The notes below the pieces were generated by a model, which was given only the letters and a program-made list of their open reading frames with translations, did no database searches and had not been told where the DNA came from. This document shows positions 36,547 through 50,237 of a stretch of 64,000 bases of DNA, one piece after another. Source of the stretch: Octopus sinensis (lineage: Eukaryota); assembly GCF_006345805.1 (NCBI RefSeq), contig NC_043017.1, forward strand, positions 30,070,001 to 30,134,000, in the 5' to 3' direction. The translations under genes were made by a program, and so were the position numbers. How positions within the stretch are numbered: the first letter of the stretch is position 1; each line of letters begins with the position of its first letter.

Positions 36547-37943
36547 TTAGACTACGTGTTAATTCCCGAAAGCTGAGACGGTAAAGGAGTTACAATTCCA
36601 ATGAAATCAAAACAAAATTTACAATAAGAGTGCCTTCAGGAAACACACTGAAGCTTAATTTCTGTTTTCTCTAAACTTTAAAACCGCCATACTTACTTCA
36701 GAAATGTATACGATAATGAGGCTGACAGCAATAAATACAACCACTACACACCCCCTACTACCACCACCGCCACCTCTGCCCAAGATCTTTGAAATAAGCA
36801 TTATACATGTAAGTATAGACGAGTCAACATGTATAGATACACTGCGAAAATAGGCTAAGTGCCTGAATATAAATCCAATATTGGTAAGAAGCTGCTAGAG
36901 GGAAATGATCGATATAGCAAATATCAATAATATTCAGGATTCTATTCGATCGACTTTATCAACACAATCGATTACTCTCTGGAAGTTACATAGTCTGAAT
37001 TACTTGTTGATTATTTATTATTTAGTTTTGTTTTGTTTTTTTGCTCTTTTTAATTAAAATTTACCCATCTGTGGGTGGAAAATTTCATTGTATTCAGAGA
37101 ATAGGATATAGCGATTGGTGAGACATTTTATGTTTAGAAAGAATTTAAAGAAACAATAAAAGTCGGAATTTAATTTAATTCCGCAGGAGAATCGAAACTA
37201 CACTGCAAAATCGACACACCAATAAATAGATGCCCCTAACTACTCTATAACAATCACCATCATTTATATAGTACATTGTATTAAGTATTTATACTTGGTG
37301 GGTGTATTTTGAACAAATGCCATATTTTGATATAATCTCTCTCACCTTTACGGCTTTTGCTTTATCTATGTCCATGATAATGAAATTAGTGTTTCAGAAC
37401 GATTTAGCGATCTTTCGTTTAATATTAGTTCTTGGCTGAAGTAGCTCAACGATATAGCATCGATAAGTGCTTATTGCTGGCTTCATCCTCTGTAAGGTAA
37501 TTAATTAAACATACGATAATGTTCGAACTATTTACTCCTTGATTAGTGCGGATATAACAACAGGCCTGGCAACACACTCCAAAAGAAAACTGGTTAGGTT
37601 ATGATATATCTTTAACAATATGAATTTTCCACTTTGCTGTTTTATTGTTCATAGTGTTCACTTTTCTTTTTCTTTTTCTTTTCTTTTCTTTTCAATTCCG
37701 AAATGGTTTTAGGAAATTTGAATTAGAATAATGAGTGAAATGACTAATAAAATAAAATAAATACATGAAAAATTGATAATTAAGGTTTAATAAAAAACAA
37801 TTTACATTTCAAATTTTCGAATTTACTGTTATAAAATTCTACCAACTATTATTCCTTCCCACCTTTAACCCTCTGACCAAGTAAAACTAATTATCTCTAA
37901 AAAAAAATCGTTAACATACAGGATACAATACCTAGTAACATGT

Positions 37944-38156
37944 CGTAGCATGCCGGGCGAAATGCGTAGCCGTATCTCGTCTGCCGTTACGTTCTGAGTT
38001 CAAATTCCGCCAAGGTCGACTTTGCCTTTCATCCTTTCGGGGTCGATAAATAAAGTACCAGTTACGCACTGGGGTCGATGTAATCAACTCAATCCCTTTG
38101 TCTGTCTTTGTTTGTCCCCCTCTATGTTTCGCCCCTTGTGAGCAATAAAGAAATAT
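37944..38156 (+). mobile_element. Family-B SINE monomer
   Basis: Near-consensus copy lacking the first ~20 nt. Confidence 0.9.
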
Positions 38157-38223
38157 AGTTTCTGAGTTCAAATTGCACCGATATCGACTTGTTTCATCAC
38201 TTCGGGAGTCTATCGAATAATTA

Positions 38224-40605
38224 CAGAAAAACTTCGCAGTATGAGTGCACCATTGTACCAGCAATTGCTGTACGAAGCATGGCTCATGAGGACTTTTGTT
38301 TTGAAGTACGTGCGAAAATGAAAAATACGAGAAAGTTTGATACAAGCGACTGTCAGTCGGCGCTGAGCTGACGCACGCTCTCCCGAAAGGAGCAGTCTCT
38401 GCTCACTCTGTAGCAGCATTCTTGTTGTGGTTTTCCATAATGCTTTTGGTTAGTTTTGTGAAATTTTTGCTATTATCTTATAATAATTAGTCGTGTTAGC
38501 CACAGATCATTAGAAGGTTAGTGCAAAAATCAGTGCCGAGAAGAAGAAAAAGCTGATTACGATAGAACTGAAGATGGAAATCATTGATAAACATGTAGGA
38601 CGAGTGCTTGTAATGGGCATAGCACGTAAATTCGATCGAAATACGTCGACGATCTGCATCATTCTCAAGATAAAGGAAGAGATGAAGACCGTTGCAATTG
38701 CAAAGGGTGTCTCCAGACGATCTAATCAATGCGCATCTGTTCACGAAATATTGGAGAAAATGCTTCTCTTGTGGATCAACGAGAAGCAACTCACAGGGGA
38801 TACGATTACGAGACAATCATCTGCGAGAAAGCACGAGTGTTATATGGGGATCACCTGAAGCAGAACTCTGGAACATCGACAGAGAAGACATCAGTAGTCG
38901 CATTTAAAGCCAGTCGCACTTGGTTTGATAATTTCAAAAGGAGAACTGGTGTCCATAGCGTCGTCAGGTATGTAAAAGCAGCCAATTCTGACATGAAGGC
39001 AGCAGAAGATTTCGTGTGTGTATTCCTTCAGCTTATCGCAGCCGAGGAGTACATTGCACAACATGTATTCAACTGTGATGCAAGTGGCCTTATTGGAAAA
39101 AATATACACAGAACCTACATAACTACAGAGGAGAAGAAAATGCGAGTCCAAAAGCCTACGAAAGATAGGCTGACTCTTGCCTTTTGAGCCAATGATAGTG
39201 GGGACTTGAAGATTAAGCAGTTCCTTGTCTACCATTCCAAAAATCTATGAGCCATCAAGTCACACGAAATCTTGAAGGAAAAGCTGCAATCATGTGGTGG
39301 TCAAACTTTAAGGCCTGTGTTAGCTGGTAATTCATCTTCGAGTAAGTCAAACTTGTCTTCGAACCAGCGGTGAAGAATTACCTTCTAGTGAACAATCTTG
39401 CTCTCAAGGTCCTCCCCAAATTCGATAATGCTCCTGCTCACCTTCCTAACCTCGAAGATGATATCATGGACGAATTTAAATTCCTAACATATTCTGTACC
39501 TTTCACGCAACACCAAGGACCAACAACCCATGGACTAAAAGGAGATTTCTAAGTTAGGACATTGTACACCAAACACCTGTTTTGTCGGTGCTTTGAACTC
39601 ACCGAAAATACATATCTAACCACTCATGAGTTTTGGAAGGAGTACTACAACATTGTAAACGGCCTGAAAATCATCGATATAGCCTGGTAGGGTGTAACGA
39701 GGAGAATGTGGAATTCTGCTTGGAAGAAGCTGTGGATTGCTGCGTATCCGAAAGAGATTTTGAGGGGTTTGAGTCTGATACACCTGTAGTCGAGGAGATA
39801 GTGTCTCTTGGCAACTTCCTGGGCCTAGAGGTTGATGATGGGGTCATTAACGATCTCGTCGAGGAACACTCAGAGGAGCTGACGGCAGATGAACTCATGC
39901 AGCTTCATGAGCAGCATTCGGATGCGGTGGAAGAGATTGGTTCCCCAGAGAAGGAAAGTGTAGCAGCGAATTTTATCTCTACGAGTGCCATACCGGCAGT
40001 GTTGGCAAAATGGCAATAGGCTTCTGACTTTGCAAGAAAATACAATCCCAAAAAGTAGCTACATATCATGCAGCTGCTTTACTTAATGACACTGCTCTGG
40101 TGCATTTTCGTTACATTTTGAAAGGCAGGAAAATGCAGACTTCTCTTGATATTTTTCTAACGAATTGTTTCTAACGCAAGTGTAAAAAGTGAAGAAAAGA
40201 TATCCAAACAGCCTAAATTAAGCGAAGGGACAGAGAAAACGCCAGGAATTGTTCCTCATGACGTCTTAAGGGAACGAGATTCTCCTCCCAAACAGTAATC
40301 CTCCTCCTCCACTCTCTGTCGTATTCCCCGACCAAAAATCGTCCCATCTTAAAGGTAATTCAGTTAATAAAACCAGTTTACATATTTCTTTTGCATTCTC
40401 TTTTTTAAAATTGTCATTTTAGTTGTGACCACAACTTTTCTGTTTCAAATTTCATAAAAACAAAATTGTTTTTCTGTTGTTTTGCTGGAACGGAGGGATT
40501 ATATTTCGGTTAATTTCAATGAGGAAAATTGATTTGTAAAACGAGCAAACGATAAAACGGTCTCGGTCATGGGACGAACTGAACTCGTAGTGCAAGGTAC
40601 CACTG
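38224..40605 (+). mobile_element. Tigger/pogo-family DNA transposon, near full length (~2.38 kb)
   Basis: TA at 38222-38223 and 40606-40607; 3' TIR ..actcgtagtgcaaggtaccactg; degenerate 5' TIR cagaaaaacttcgcagtatgagt; encloses the transposase pseudogene. Confidence 0.85.
38500..40298 (+). pseudogene. Tigger-type transposase pseudogene (psq HTH, CENP-B HTH, DDE)
   Basis: ITIELKMEIIDKH..IARKFDRNTSTICIILK; EKMLLLWINEKQ; ICEKARVLY; FKASRTWFDNFKRR; VFNCDASGL; KDRLTL; DNAPAHLP; C-terminal DSPPKQ*; several stops and frameshifts. Confidence 0.92.
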
Positions 40606-42136
40606 TACTAGTTGAACAATATTAGTTATTTATAACACATTCCTCACAAAGTTCATGCTTTGTGTCAATAATAGAAAGGATCAATTGAAAACGAAAAGAA
40701 CATTAGTTATATTATTTACTGATGAGAATTGAGAAAACTAAAGAAACGTGAGATAGTTTGCTTTTAAAAGAGGAACTCCAGTGAGATAAGCATATAAATA
40801 ATGGGCTAAGACAAACTATTTCATGTCTTTTGAATTTCTGAATTCTCATGGCGTAAACAACTTTCAATTCTCGATGGTAAGAAAAGAGTTTAAAATGGAT
40901 AGAAAAATTCGAATGTTTCATTTGGTCTAATGTTAGAACATATGTTTACAGAAAATATAGGTTCCAGGCCTATGGGCATCTTTGACGTATTTTTCCCAAA
41001 CGCTCTTAACTGATTATACACAGGTTATTTATAGATTTACTTCGGGTTCTAGTGTTAAGAAGTGAACAATTTTGTTTTATTAATTTAAAAACAAAATTGA
41101 TCGCATCAAACTTTGATAGAAAATTAGCATCGACAAAAAGGGAAAAATGCGATAGCAAGGACTTTCAGATCTATCTCTGCACCAATACATTGCTAAAAAT
41201 TGCTGCAGTAGAAAATTACTATCATAAAAGACTGACGGGTAAAAGTAGGAGCCTCTACATGGTTGCTTGACCTGCGAGAATTATCAACCAAATATCCTGT
41301 TCGTCCCAGGATGAGTTGTCAAAGAAAGTCTACAGTTTAACTTAATAGGAGACCATGGCAGATGGGTTTACGTAGTTGCTGGAGAAGTAAAACCCATGTT
41401 TAAAAATATTAGGACAACCTTGAATAGAGGGTAAACTTACTACGAGATGGTCAGGTATGGAATTCTATTTATGATAATTTTCTCCTTCAACGGCGAATTA
41501 TGTGAAACAACACAAGTTTATTGAGTAACTTAGTACTACTATATAGGTACGAAAACAGCGAAAACCTCATTCAATTCCCATCATATAAATACTGTACATC
41601 TCTACACCAAAGCTAATAAAAATACTGGTTGCACATTTTGGCACAAAACCAGCTATTTCGAAGGAGTGGCTAAGTCGAATACATCAACCCCTGTCCTCAA
41701 CTGGTACTTACTTTATTGAGCACGAAATGATAAATGGCAAAGTCGACCTTGACAGAATATGAAGTCAGAACGTAAAGACAGGCGACATGCAGCTAAGCAT
41801 TTTGGTCGGCATACTTATGATTCATCCAGCTCACCATCTTACATCATAAAATTATTATCAAGAAAAGTCTTAGCGATAGGTGGTGGGATGGCTGCGAAGT
41901 TAAAAACGCTCATTTTACATGTTTTTGCCGTAGTGCCTGAATGCGCGGTTACGTAGAGAAGCATGTTTTACGTGTACTCGCCGACAAACAGTAGTTTGTG
42001 AATCAATGTTGTTGATGAAGACTTTGTGAAAGGTCTCGTGTATGTGTATGCATATATATATATACATTCGTACATGCATACATACATATGTGTTCCAACA
42101 TGAGCACAGACAAATGACTGAAATAAGTAAAAGAAT

Positions 42137-42169
<33 letters not shown>

Positions 42170-42334
42170 CTCGTTTCAGCACACGATCTCAGATCAAATC
42201 CCTTGCTATGCAAGTACATCTCCCTTATATATATATATATATATATAATTCCTAAATCTCTCTAAATTGGGTACGGCAGGAGTACTGGGTATGATAGTTA
42301 TCGCCAAGCTAACATGGCAGTCCAGGACAATTGC

Positions 42335-42368
<34 letters not shown>

Positions 42369-43332
42369 TATATATATATAATATTATATATATATATATT
42401 ATTATATATATATTATATATATATATAATATATATATATAATATTATATATATATATAATATTATATATATATATTATATTATATATATATATATTATAT
42501 ATATATATATATATATGTGGGACGTGTGTGTGTGTGTACGTATGTGTGAGTGTGCATGCAAGTCTTGTCTCCACTGCTTTATTGCCATAAGCAAGTGGTT
42601 CGGCCAAAACAAACCGACAAAATAAGTACCACACTTAATATTTACCTCTGGTTTGATTTATTCGTCTAAACCCTTCCAAGTGGAGTCCTAGATATACTGA
42701 AGTCCAATGAGTGAAATATGTTAGGGTAAAAGATATACGACACAAAATAGTAACAAAAAGAACGACTAATGTCATATAACGACGCAATTATTTATTGCAT
42801 TGATGCAATAGACAGCACGATCGAGAACAATCAAAAGGTAAGCCCTCAGAAGTTGTTATGTATGTAACAAGAAATACCCCACAAGTACTGGGTTTGGAGT
42901 TACGCAACTATTGTGTTGCGCGGGCAAAGTTTAGATATGGTACTTTAGAATTTACTATGGCGATGGGTGTTACGCTTTTTTATGCTTATGGTGAATTTTC
43001 ACTGCTAAAAGAAAATGGGTTCATTCGAAATGTATGTAAATGTATGTTTTTAGTCATGGTTCAAAGCAGACTCGCTCTCAGCTATGAAACAAGAAGCAAA
43101 AACATTTCCGCCGGAAGCATGATACCCAATTACTGAGGCCAGTTCAAATTTTCCGAAAGCAAAATATATTAATCATGACGTGTCATTAGGTATTAATTAA
43201 AGACATGAACTTTAGCGCTATTTCTTCCGGCATCCAAACTTTCTGTTTCATATATTCTGCATCTTCTCCATTATCAGAAATCCATACATACATACAGATA
43301 GATTGATAGCTAGATAGATATACACACACACG

Positions 43333-43368
<36 letters not shown>

Positions 43369-43384
43369 ATATATATTATATATA

Positions 43385-43419
<35 letters not shown>

Positions 43420-43659
43420 GGAAAGTAAAAAGACACAAATAACATGCACATAAGATATAATGCTAATGGCATTTTTAAAAAGAAAAACAGATATACACGT
43501 ATAATTAAATAATATAATCATTATTATGAGTCATTATAGAAAGTCAAGGTCACAATGGTTACGTCAGAGCTGTTCACTCACTTTCAACCGATCGGTGTGT
43601 GTGTGCGTGCGTGCGTGTGTATAAATGAATATGAGAGCGATAGCATTCTTAAAAATACC

Positions 43660-43822
43660 TATTCCTTTACTACCCACAAGGGGCAAAACAGAGGGGACAA
43701 ACAAGGACAGACATAGGTATTAAGTCGATTACATTGACCCCAGTGCGTAACTGGTACTTAATTTATCGACCCCGAATGGATGAAAGGCAAAGTCGACCTC
43801 AGCGGAATTTGAACCCACAACG
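43660..43822 (-). mobile_element. 5'-truncated family-B SINE with 10-bp TSD
   Basis: TAAAAATACC at 43650-43659 and 43823-43832. Confidence 0.85.
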
Positions 43823-43860
43823 TAAAAATACCATCGCTGCTTGCTGTGTTATTTATACAT

Positions 43861-43902
<42 letters not shown>

Positions 43903-44064
43903 GTGCCCAAAGTCATGTACAGTATATATTCAATATGCTTCGTTATTGTCAAAGACATGCTTCAATTTTTCTTAAGTTGAATAAAATAATTAAAATAGTG
44001 ATGAATACCCGTACTTCTACATGAAGATCATAATCAATAATGAAATGATATAAATATTTTGATA

Positions 44065-44370
44065 TGTGGATTTTAGCCGGCCTTGTTACTAAGCACACAG
44101 CGTGTAGTGTCAGAGCCATGCCGTCGGGAACTTCAGTTCCTGGTAGGGCCACCCAAGGCGGATTGATCTGACACCGAGTGGTATTAAGGCCACAACCCGG
44201 CAAACGGGGATCTGGTGAAAATCCTCGGAGTGTCTGTTTCGGGATTGTTGGGGACTGCTTGTGAAATTCATATTCCTATGAAACATCTTCCACTGCCATG
44301 GTTCGAAATGCCTCGAGGGTGGTGGAAGAAGCCGACTCAACCCACCCAGGGTGAATGTCGCCACAAGTAG
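44065..44370 (+). other. GC-rich structured segment resembling an RTE-clade LINE 5' UTR
   Basis: Nested stems GTGTCAGA/TCTGACAC and TCGGGAAC/GTTCCTGG; motif cctggtagggccacccaaggc recalled from RTE 5' ends. Confidence 0.45.
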
Positions 44371-44414
44371 TTGTATGTAAGTGTGTGCGTTCATACAATT
44401 CCTATTGTTGATAT

Positions 44415-44700
44415 ATGCGGTCACGAAACCCTGGCCAGCGGGCCGGATCCGGCCCGCGAGCTCAGTTCATCCCACCCGCTGCCGCTCCGTATCTTTTGTA
44501 AAAGTACCTGCAATGAGAGTTCATTTTCCTTCAGTATGGCTTCAATGTTTGGAACAACTTTTTTCTATGAACAAACATTATAAAAATTGAAGTATGTGAA
44601 GTGAGCGCATTTTACGAGGTTGACTGATGAGCATTAGAAAACAACTGTCTTGTTTGGATGCAGCAATTCAAAAGCAAATATTGATATCTTAAAAGCTAAA
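44415..44700 (+). mobile_element. Internally deleted hAT (Charlie/GTF2IRD2-like) element
   Basis: Subterminal perfect palindrome GCGGGCCGGATCCGGCCCGC (44438-44457), then a dimerisation-domain remnant SMASMFGTTFFYEQTL*KLKYVK*AHFTRLTDEH*. Confidence 0.75.
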
Positions 44701-45653
44701 CTCTAGCTTCACAAAACTCACTAACCTTTTTTGCTGCTTAGCTTGTTAGATTCGGGTGTGTGCACACTGGGTGTTATATAATTATCTTATTTCTAGCATC
44801 GCCTTCTTTGATAACATTTTGGTAAATAAATATGTTGGTTGTCTTTATTTTTGGGGCATTCACAGTATTGTATTAAACAAAATGGTTATAAAGCAGACGC
44901 GCATCATTCTCTCATTTATATAGCATGCCTTCAAAATGTTTGGTCTATATAGTTCAGTATGTGCAGACATGTTTCCTTCTCTTTCTCTCCTTCAAAAGAT
45001 GTACAAATAAACTGTTCTAAAAACTATATACAATAAATTCTATAACTCTGCTGATTTCCTCCCACGATCTCACCTGAAGTTTGTAATCAGAATATCAGAA
45101 TTGTTGAAAATTCCACTTCTGATGGGAGTTGTTGCTTTTCTTCCATACATTATATGTGTGGGTTTTATTATTTACTTCCCTCTAAAGCTATTCATTGTCG
45201 CACAGCAGCTCATCCATTATGTAAATGTCTGCACAGATAAGCTTTTGTCTAATCCATATTTTCGTTTTCTTTTTTCTTTTTTTAAACCTCTTGGAGATTG
45301 AAATATAAGAAGGGAAATGAAATGCTTTATAATTTTAGTAATTCTAAAAAATGTGTTTTTCATTGAGTGCCTTTAATGGAAGCGGGAGAACAAGTAAAAT
45401 CGTGAGTACGCCTCGAAAAGTGCCTAGCAGAGCTACGTCTGTCTTTATATTATGAATTTAAATACTGCTGGAGTCGACTGTCCCTTTTATCAGTTTGAGG
45501 TCCATAAAATAAGTACTATAATTACAGTACGGAGACCGATTTAATCATCTATCCACGCTTCCCCGAATTTCTGGCGTCATATCAAATTTTGAAGCCAATA
45601 CGTAGAGTGGTGATATTCAGCAAGTTCTATAAAATTATTCCTCAATAATTCAC

Positions 45654-46048
45654 ATAGGCGCAGGAGTGGCTGTGTGGTAAGTAGCTTGCTTACCAAACAC
45701 ATGGTTCCGGGTTCAGTCCCACTGCCTGGCACCTAGGGCAAGTGTCTTCTACTATAGCCTGAGGCCGACGAAAACCTTGTGAGTGGATTTGGTAGACGGA
45801 AACTGAAAGAAGCCCGTCGTGTATATGTAGAAATATGTATGTGTGTGTATATGTTTGTGTGTCTGTGGTTGTCCCCCAACATCACTTGACAGCCGATGCT
45901 GGCGGTTTTACGCCCCCGTCCTTTGCGGTTCGACAAAAGAGTACTAGGCTTACAAAGAATAAGTACTGGGATAGATTTCTTCGACTACAGGCGATGCTCT
46001 AGCATGGCCGCAATCAAATGATTGAAACGTGCAAAATAGTAAATAAAG
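45654..46048 (+). mobile_element. Full-length family-A SINE
   Basis: ataggcgcaggagtggctgtgtggtaag (A box), gggttcagtccc (B box), CORE-like body, tail. Confidence 0.92.
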
Positions 46049-46399
46049 TATGCTAACATAGATTTGAAATTTTGGCACAAGGTCAGTAGTTTCGGGGATG
46101 ATCTATTCATTTTATCGACCCCGAAATTATGAAAGGTAAAGTCGACCTCAGCGGTAAAGTCTCACAAAGTAAAGACGAAATGCCGCTAAGTATTTTGCTC
46201 AGCATGCAAACGATTCTGCCAGTTCAATGCCTCATAAAATATACGATAATTAGTTTCAAGATTTGACACAGGGCCTGCAATTTTGGGGGGAGTGGCCAAG
46301 TTGATTACATCGACCATAGTACCCAATTAGTACGAATTTTATTGATATCTGAAATGATAAAAGGTAATATTGATCTCGGCAGCATTTGACAGAATGCTT

Positions 46400-46997
46400 A
46401 TGTCTTAACTACCCACAATGGGCTAAACACAGAGGAGACAAACAAGGACAGACAAACGGATTAAGTCCATTATATCGACCCCAAGGCGTAACTGGTACTT
46501 AATTTATCTACTCCGACAGGATGAAAGGCAAAGTTGACCTCGGCGGAATCTGAACTTAGAACGTAGCAGCAGACGAAATACCCATTTCTTTAATACCCAC
46601 AAGGAGCTAAACACAGAGGGGACAAAGAAGGACAGACATAGGTATTAAGTCAATTACATCGAACCCAGTGCGTGACTGGTGCTTAATTTATCTACTCCGA
46701 AAGGATGAAAGGCAAAGTCGACCTCGGCTGTTTTTGAACTCAGAACGTAGTGGAAGACGAAATACCTATTTCTTTATTACCCACAAGGGGCTAAACACAG
46801 AGGGAACAAACAAGGACAGACATAGTTATTAAGTCGATTACATCGACCCCAGTGCGTAACTGGTACTTAATTTATCGACCTCGAAAGGATGAAAGGCATA
46901 GTCGACCTCGGCGGAATTTTAACCCAGAACGTAGCGGCCGACGATATACCGGTAAGCATTTCGCCCGGCGTTCTAACGTTTCTGCCAGTTCGCCGCC
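46400..46997 (-). mobile_element. Head-to-tail trimer of family-B SINE (184 bp period)
   Basis: ACCCACAA at 46411, 46595 and 46779; only the unit ending at 46997 has the A-box head. Confidence 0.93.
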
Positions 46998-48367
46998 AAG
47001 CATTTTGCTTGCTCCTTCATAAAATATACCAATATTCAAATTTATTTTACACGCACTTATGCCCCGGTATGGTACGTAGCAGTATTTACCAGCTAGAATA
47101 TTTTGTTGTATGCTGGTAGATAACTTATTCCGATATCAATAAATTGTTATTCCTAGAAAGCCGAGACAAACAAAGAAAGTAAATACACCAACAAGGCAAA
47201 CAAAAGCAACCATGTTTGCTCGTTCACTACTACAAATCAACAGCTTGTATCACTATATCTACCCCAATAGTTACGCACATATCTGCTGATGTAATAACCA
47301 GATATGTCGGTCTCAAGAAGTCACTTGCCTAGTCTACGTAATATGGAAATGAGATTCAAGTATGTCATCCAATGCAGACAATATCTTCTACAGCTGTGTG
47401 TCTGTGCCGGGGTGCAAGAAGGTATAGCGTTTCTGTTATTGCTTCTGAGCATGTGTGTAAATTCATTCAATTTGTCAAAGTTTTATTTTGTTTTTTTTTT
47501 CCCAGAGTATATTTTTGTTTGCGTGTTAGCTTGCATCATTGTATGTTTTTTTTTTCATTATTCATTTATTTTGTTTTTACAGCTTTTTCCTCTCACTTTC
47601 CTCGAAGTTCGTTCATGCATATACGGAGATAGAGTCGAAATTTCAGTCAATGAGACTTTATAGATATATGTGTGTATATGCATAAATACATAAAGTCACT
47701 ATAACATATATATATATATATATATAAGGACATATTGACTATGATATGTATACATATATATGTACATATATATATATATATATACACATGCATACATACA
47801 TATATACCTACATATATATACATACATATATATATGCGTGGATGTATTGAAAATGCGATTTGGAAATAGTGACAAGCCAGGCGATAAATTGTGATAGTGG
47901 TTGAAAAAAATAAGTTTATATAAGCAACTATAGTATGATTGAGAAAAATATGGCTCACTTAAGTTTACCTGTGTATGATTATACGTGGGTTTTGTATCTG
48001 TGCGTGTGTTTGTGTCTGTGTGTATGTCTGTGTGTGTGTTTGTGTACGTGTGTGTTCGCTTTGAGAGTGTAGTGTAAAGAAGTGGAACTTCGTACACGTC
48101 TTTGCGACTGATCATGGCAGAAATGTAAGACAAACTCTGGCGTTAGTAGAAAGTATATTAGATGATTAACTGTGAGACAAAATGTGTGATTTAGTGGCTT
48201 CTACTGTTCAATAATATAAATACATACGCAGAGATAGAGGGAGGGAGAGGGAGGAGTGAGAGGAAGAGGGAGTGAGAGGAAGAGGGAGAGAGAGAATGAG
48301 AAATAAATAAGAAGACAGAGAGACTGTCAGATAGATATTGTTTTTTAGATTTCAGAGCAAGGCCACC

Positions 48368-48600
48368 AAATTTGCTGGACATTGTTGTAGAGCTGAAAAA
48401 GAGATAATTTCTACTCTTCTCCTCTGGAAGCCATCTACTCGCAATACCAGAGGGCGCACACTCTCCTACCCTGATGTAATCTCCAGGGATACAGGCATCC
48501 AGCAACAGGACCTCCGTAATGCCATGATGGTCCGTGAAGTCTGGCGTAGCATGGTAAATTCCATTGTCTCGACCACGGTCGAACAATGATGATGATGATT
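48368..48600 (+). mobile_element. 5'-truncated RTE-type LINE 3' end with (GAT)n tail, nested in an old SINE
   Basis: KFAGHCCRAEKEIISTLLLWKPSTRNTRGRTLSYPDVISRDTGIQQQDLRNAMMVREVWRSMVNSIVSTTVEQ*, then GATGATGAT. Confidence 0.8.
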
Positions 48601-49099
48601 AGGAAAGGTTTTAAGTCGTTTAAATCGATCCCGAAATCGTGGAAGGTGATGTTGAGCCCCGATGAACAGCAACTAAGCTTTTTGTCCGGCGGGCTAACTA
48701 TTTTCTAAGCTCGCTGCCTTAACGCTTGGAAGAATTTTTTGGTATCAAATGTTGGCGCAAGGCTCGCATATTTATGGAGACGAGTAAGTCAAATTTATCG
48801 ACCCCTGTGAGGAACTGGTAATTCTTTCATCGACAACGAAAGGATGAAAGACAAACTGGACGGAATTTGAAATCAGATTCTAAAGGCGGACGAAATGGTG
48901 CTGAGCATTTTGTCCGCTGTGCTAACGATCCAGCCTGTTAACAGCTTTAAATTGATATTGGTTTCAAATTCTGGTACGATGCCAGCAATTTCGAAAGAGG
49001 GCGCAATTCGTTTACATAGATTCTGCTCCCTCGAAGCATTGCCTTAGATTTATATTCCTAACATTAATGTAGTATTCACGTCAATAGTATTACTAGATG

Positions 49100-49455
49100 G
49101 ATGAAGAGGAAAAGAAGAAGAAAAAGAAGAAGTGGGACAAAAGGAAGAAGAAGGGGAAGAGGAAGAAGAAAAAAGAAGGGGAAGAGGAAGAAGAAAAAAG
49201 AAGTGGAAGAGGAAGTGGAGGAAGTGGAATATGAAAAGGAAGGAGACGAAAAGGAAGAGGAAAAGGAAGAAAATGAAGGAGAAGAATAAAGCAGAAGAAG
49301 AAAAAAAAAGAAAAGAAAAAGGAGAATAAGAATAAGAAGAAAAGGAAGAAGGAGAAGAAGCAGAAGAAAAAGATGAGGAAAAGAAAAAGAAGTAGAAGAA
49401 GCAGAAGAATAAAAAGAAAAAGAAGAAAAAAAAAATTAATAAACTAACGAACAAA
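49100..49455. repeat. Polypurine (GAA/GGA/AAAG) low-complexity tract
   Basis: Directly visible. Confidence 0.95.
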
Positions 49456-49784
49456 GAAAACGCAAAAGCAAAATATCAGCTTCCGTTTTTGTTTCACATG
49501 GAATGGAATGGATTCTGTTGGAGCTGACATAGTCAACATGATCACAAGGTGTTGGTTATTATGTTCATTTAATCAAACACCTGTCCTGTTTCCACCTGTA
49601 TCTCTACCTCGCTTGCGAAAAAAATAAATTTTTAGCTACTATTTTTTATATACGGAAATATGTACAGAAAATTTACAAATTTATAATTCATGTATTGTGG
49701 CCCACCTGCGTAACTTTCATATAGCTTCGGGTTATATCACCGTTCAACACGTGCACCCCATTTTAAGTGGGGAACATACACACA

Positions 49785-49896
<112 letters not shown>

Positions 49897-49912
49897 CACA
49901 TGCACGTCTTTT

Positions 49913-50237
49913 AGATTTTATTTATTTCAGTCTTTAAAGGGCGGCCATCATGGGGAAGCGCATTGAAGACATTTGGTAGAATGTATCGAACCCTGTACTT
50001 ATTTTTCTACACGTAGTATTTATTCTCGCTTTCCCCCAAACTCTAAGCTTCAGAGGACTTAAATATTCCAGTACCGCTTCTTAAGCGGTGTGGGTGGGAC
50101 GAACACAGACACAATAACACACATACAAAAAATATATACATATACAGACTTACGTACGACGGGCTTCCTCCAGTTTCCGTCCCTGAAATCCACTTACAAG
50201 ACTTTGGTCCGTTCAAGCCGATAGCAGTAGACACTTA
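49913..50237 (-). mobile_element. Degenerate family-A SINE interrupted by the family-B dimer
   Basis: tacgacgggcttcctccagtttccgtc..aaatccacttacaagactttggtc..atagcagtagacact. Confidence 0.65.

Noticed and set aside
44620-44650. CTGATGA..GAAA hammerhead-like words
   Set aside because: No stem II; the sequence is the RLTDEH codons of the hAT remnant.
49101-49454. K/R/E-rich and F/S-rich ORFs
   Set aside because: Polypurine low-complexity tract.
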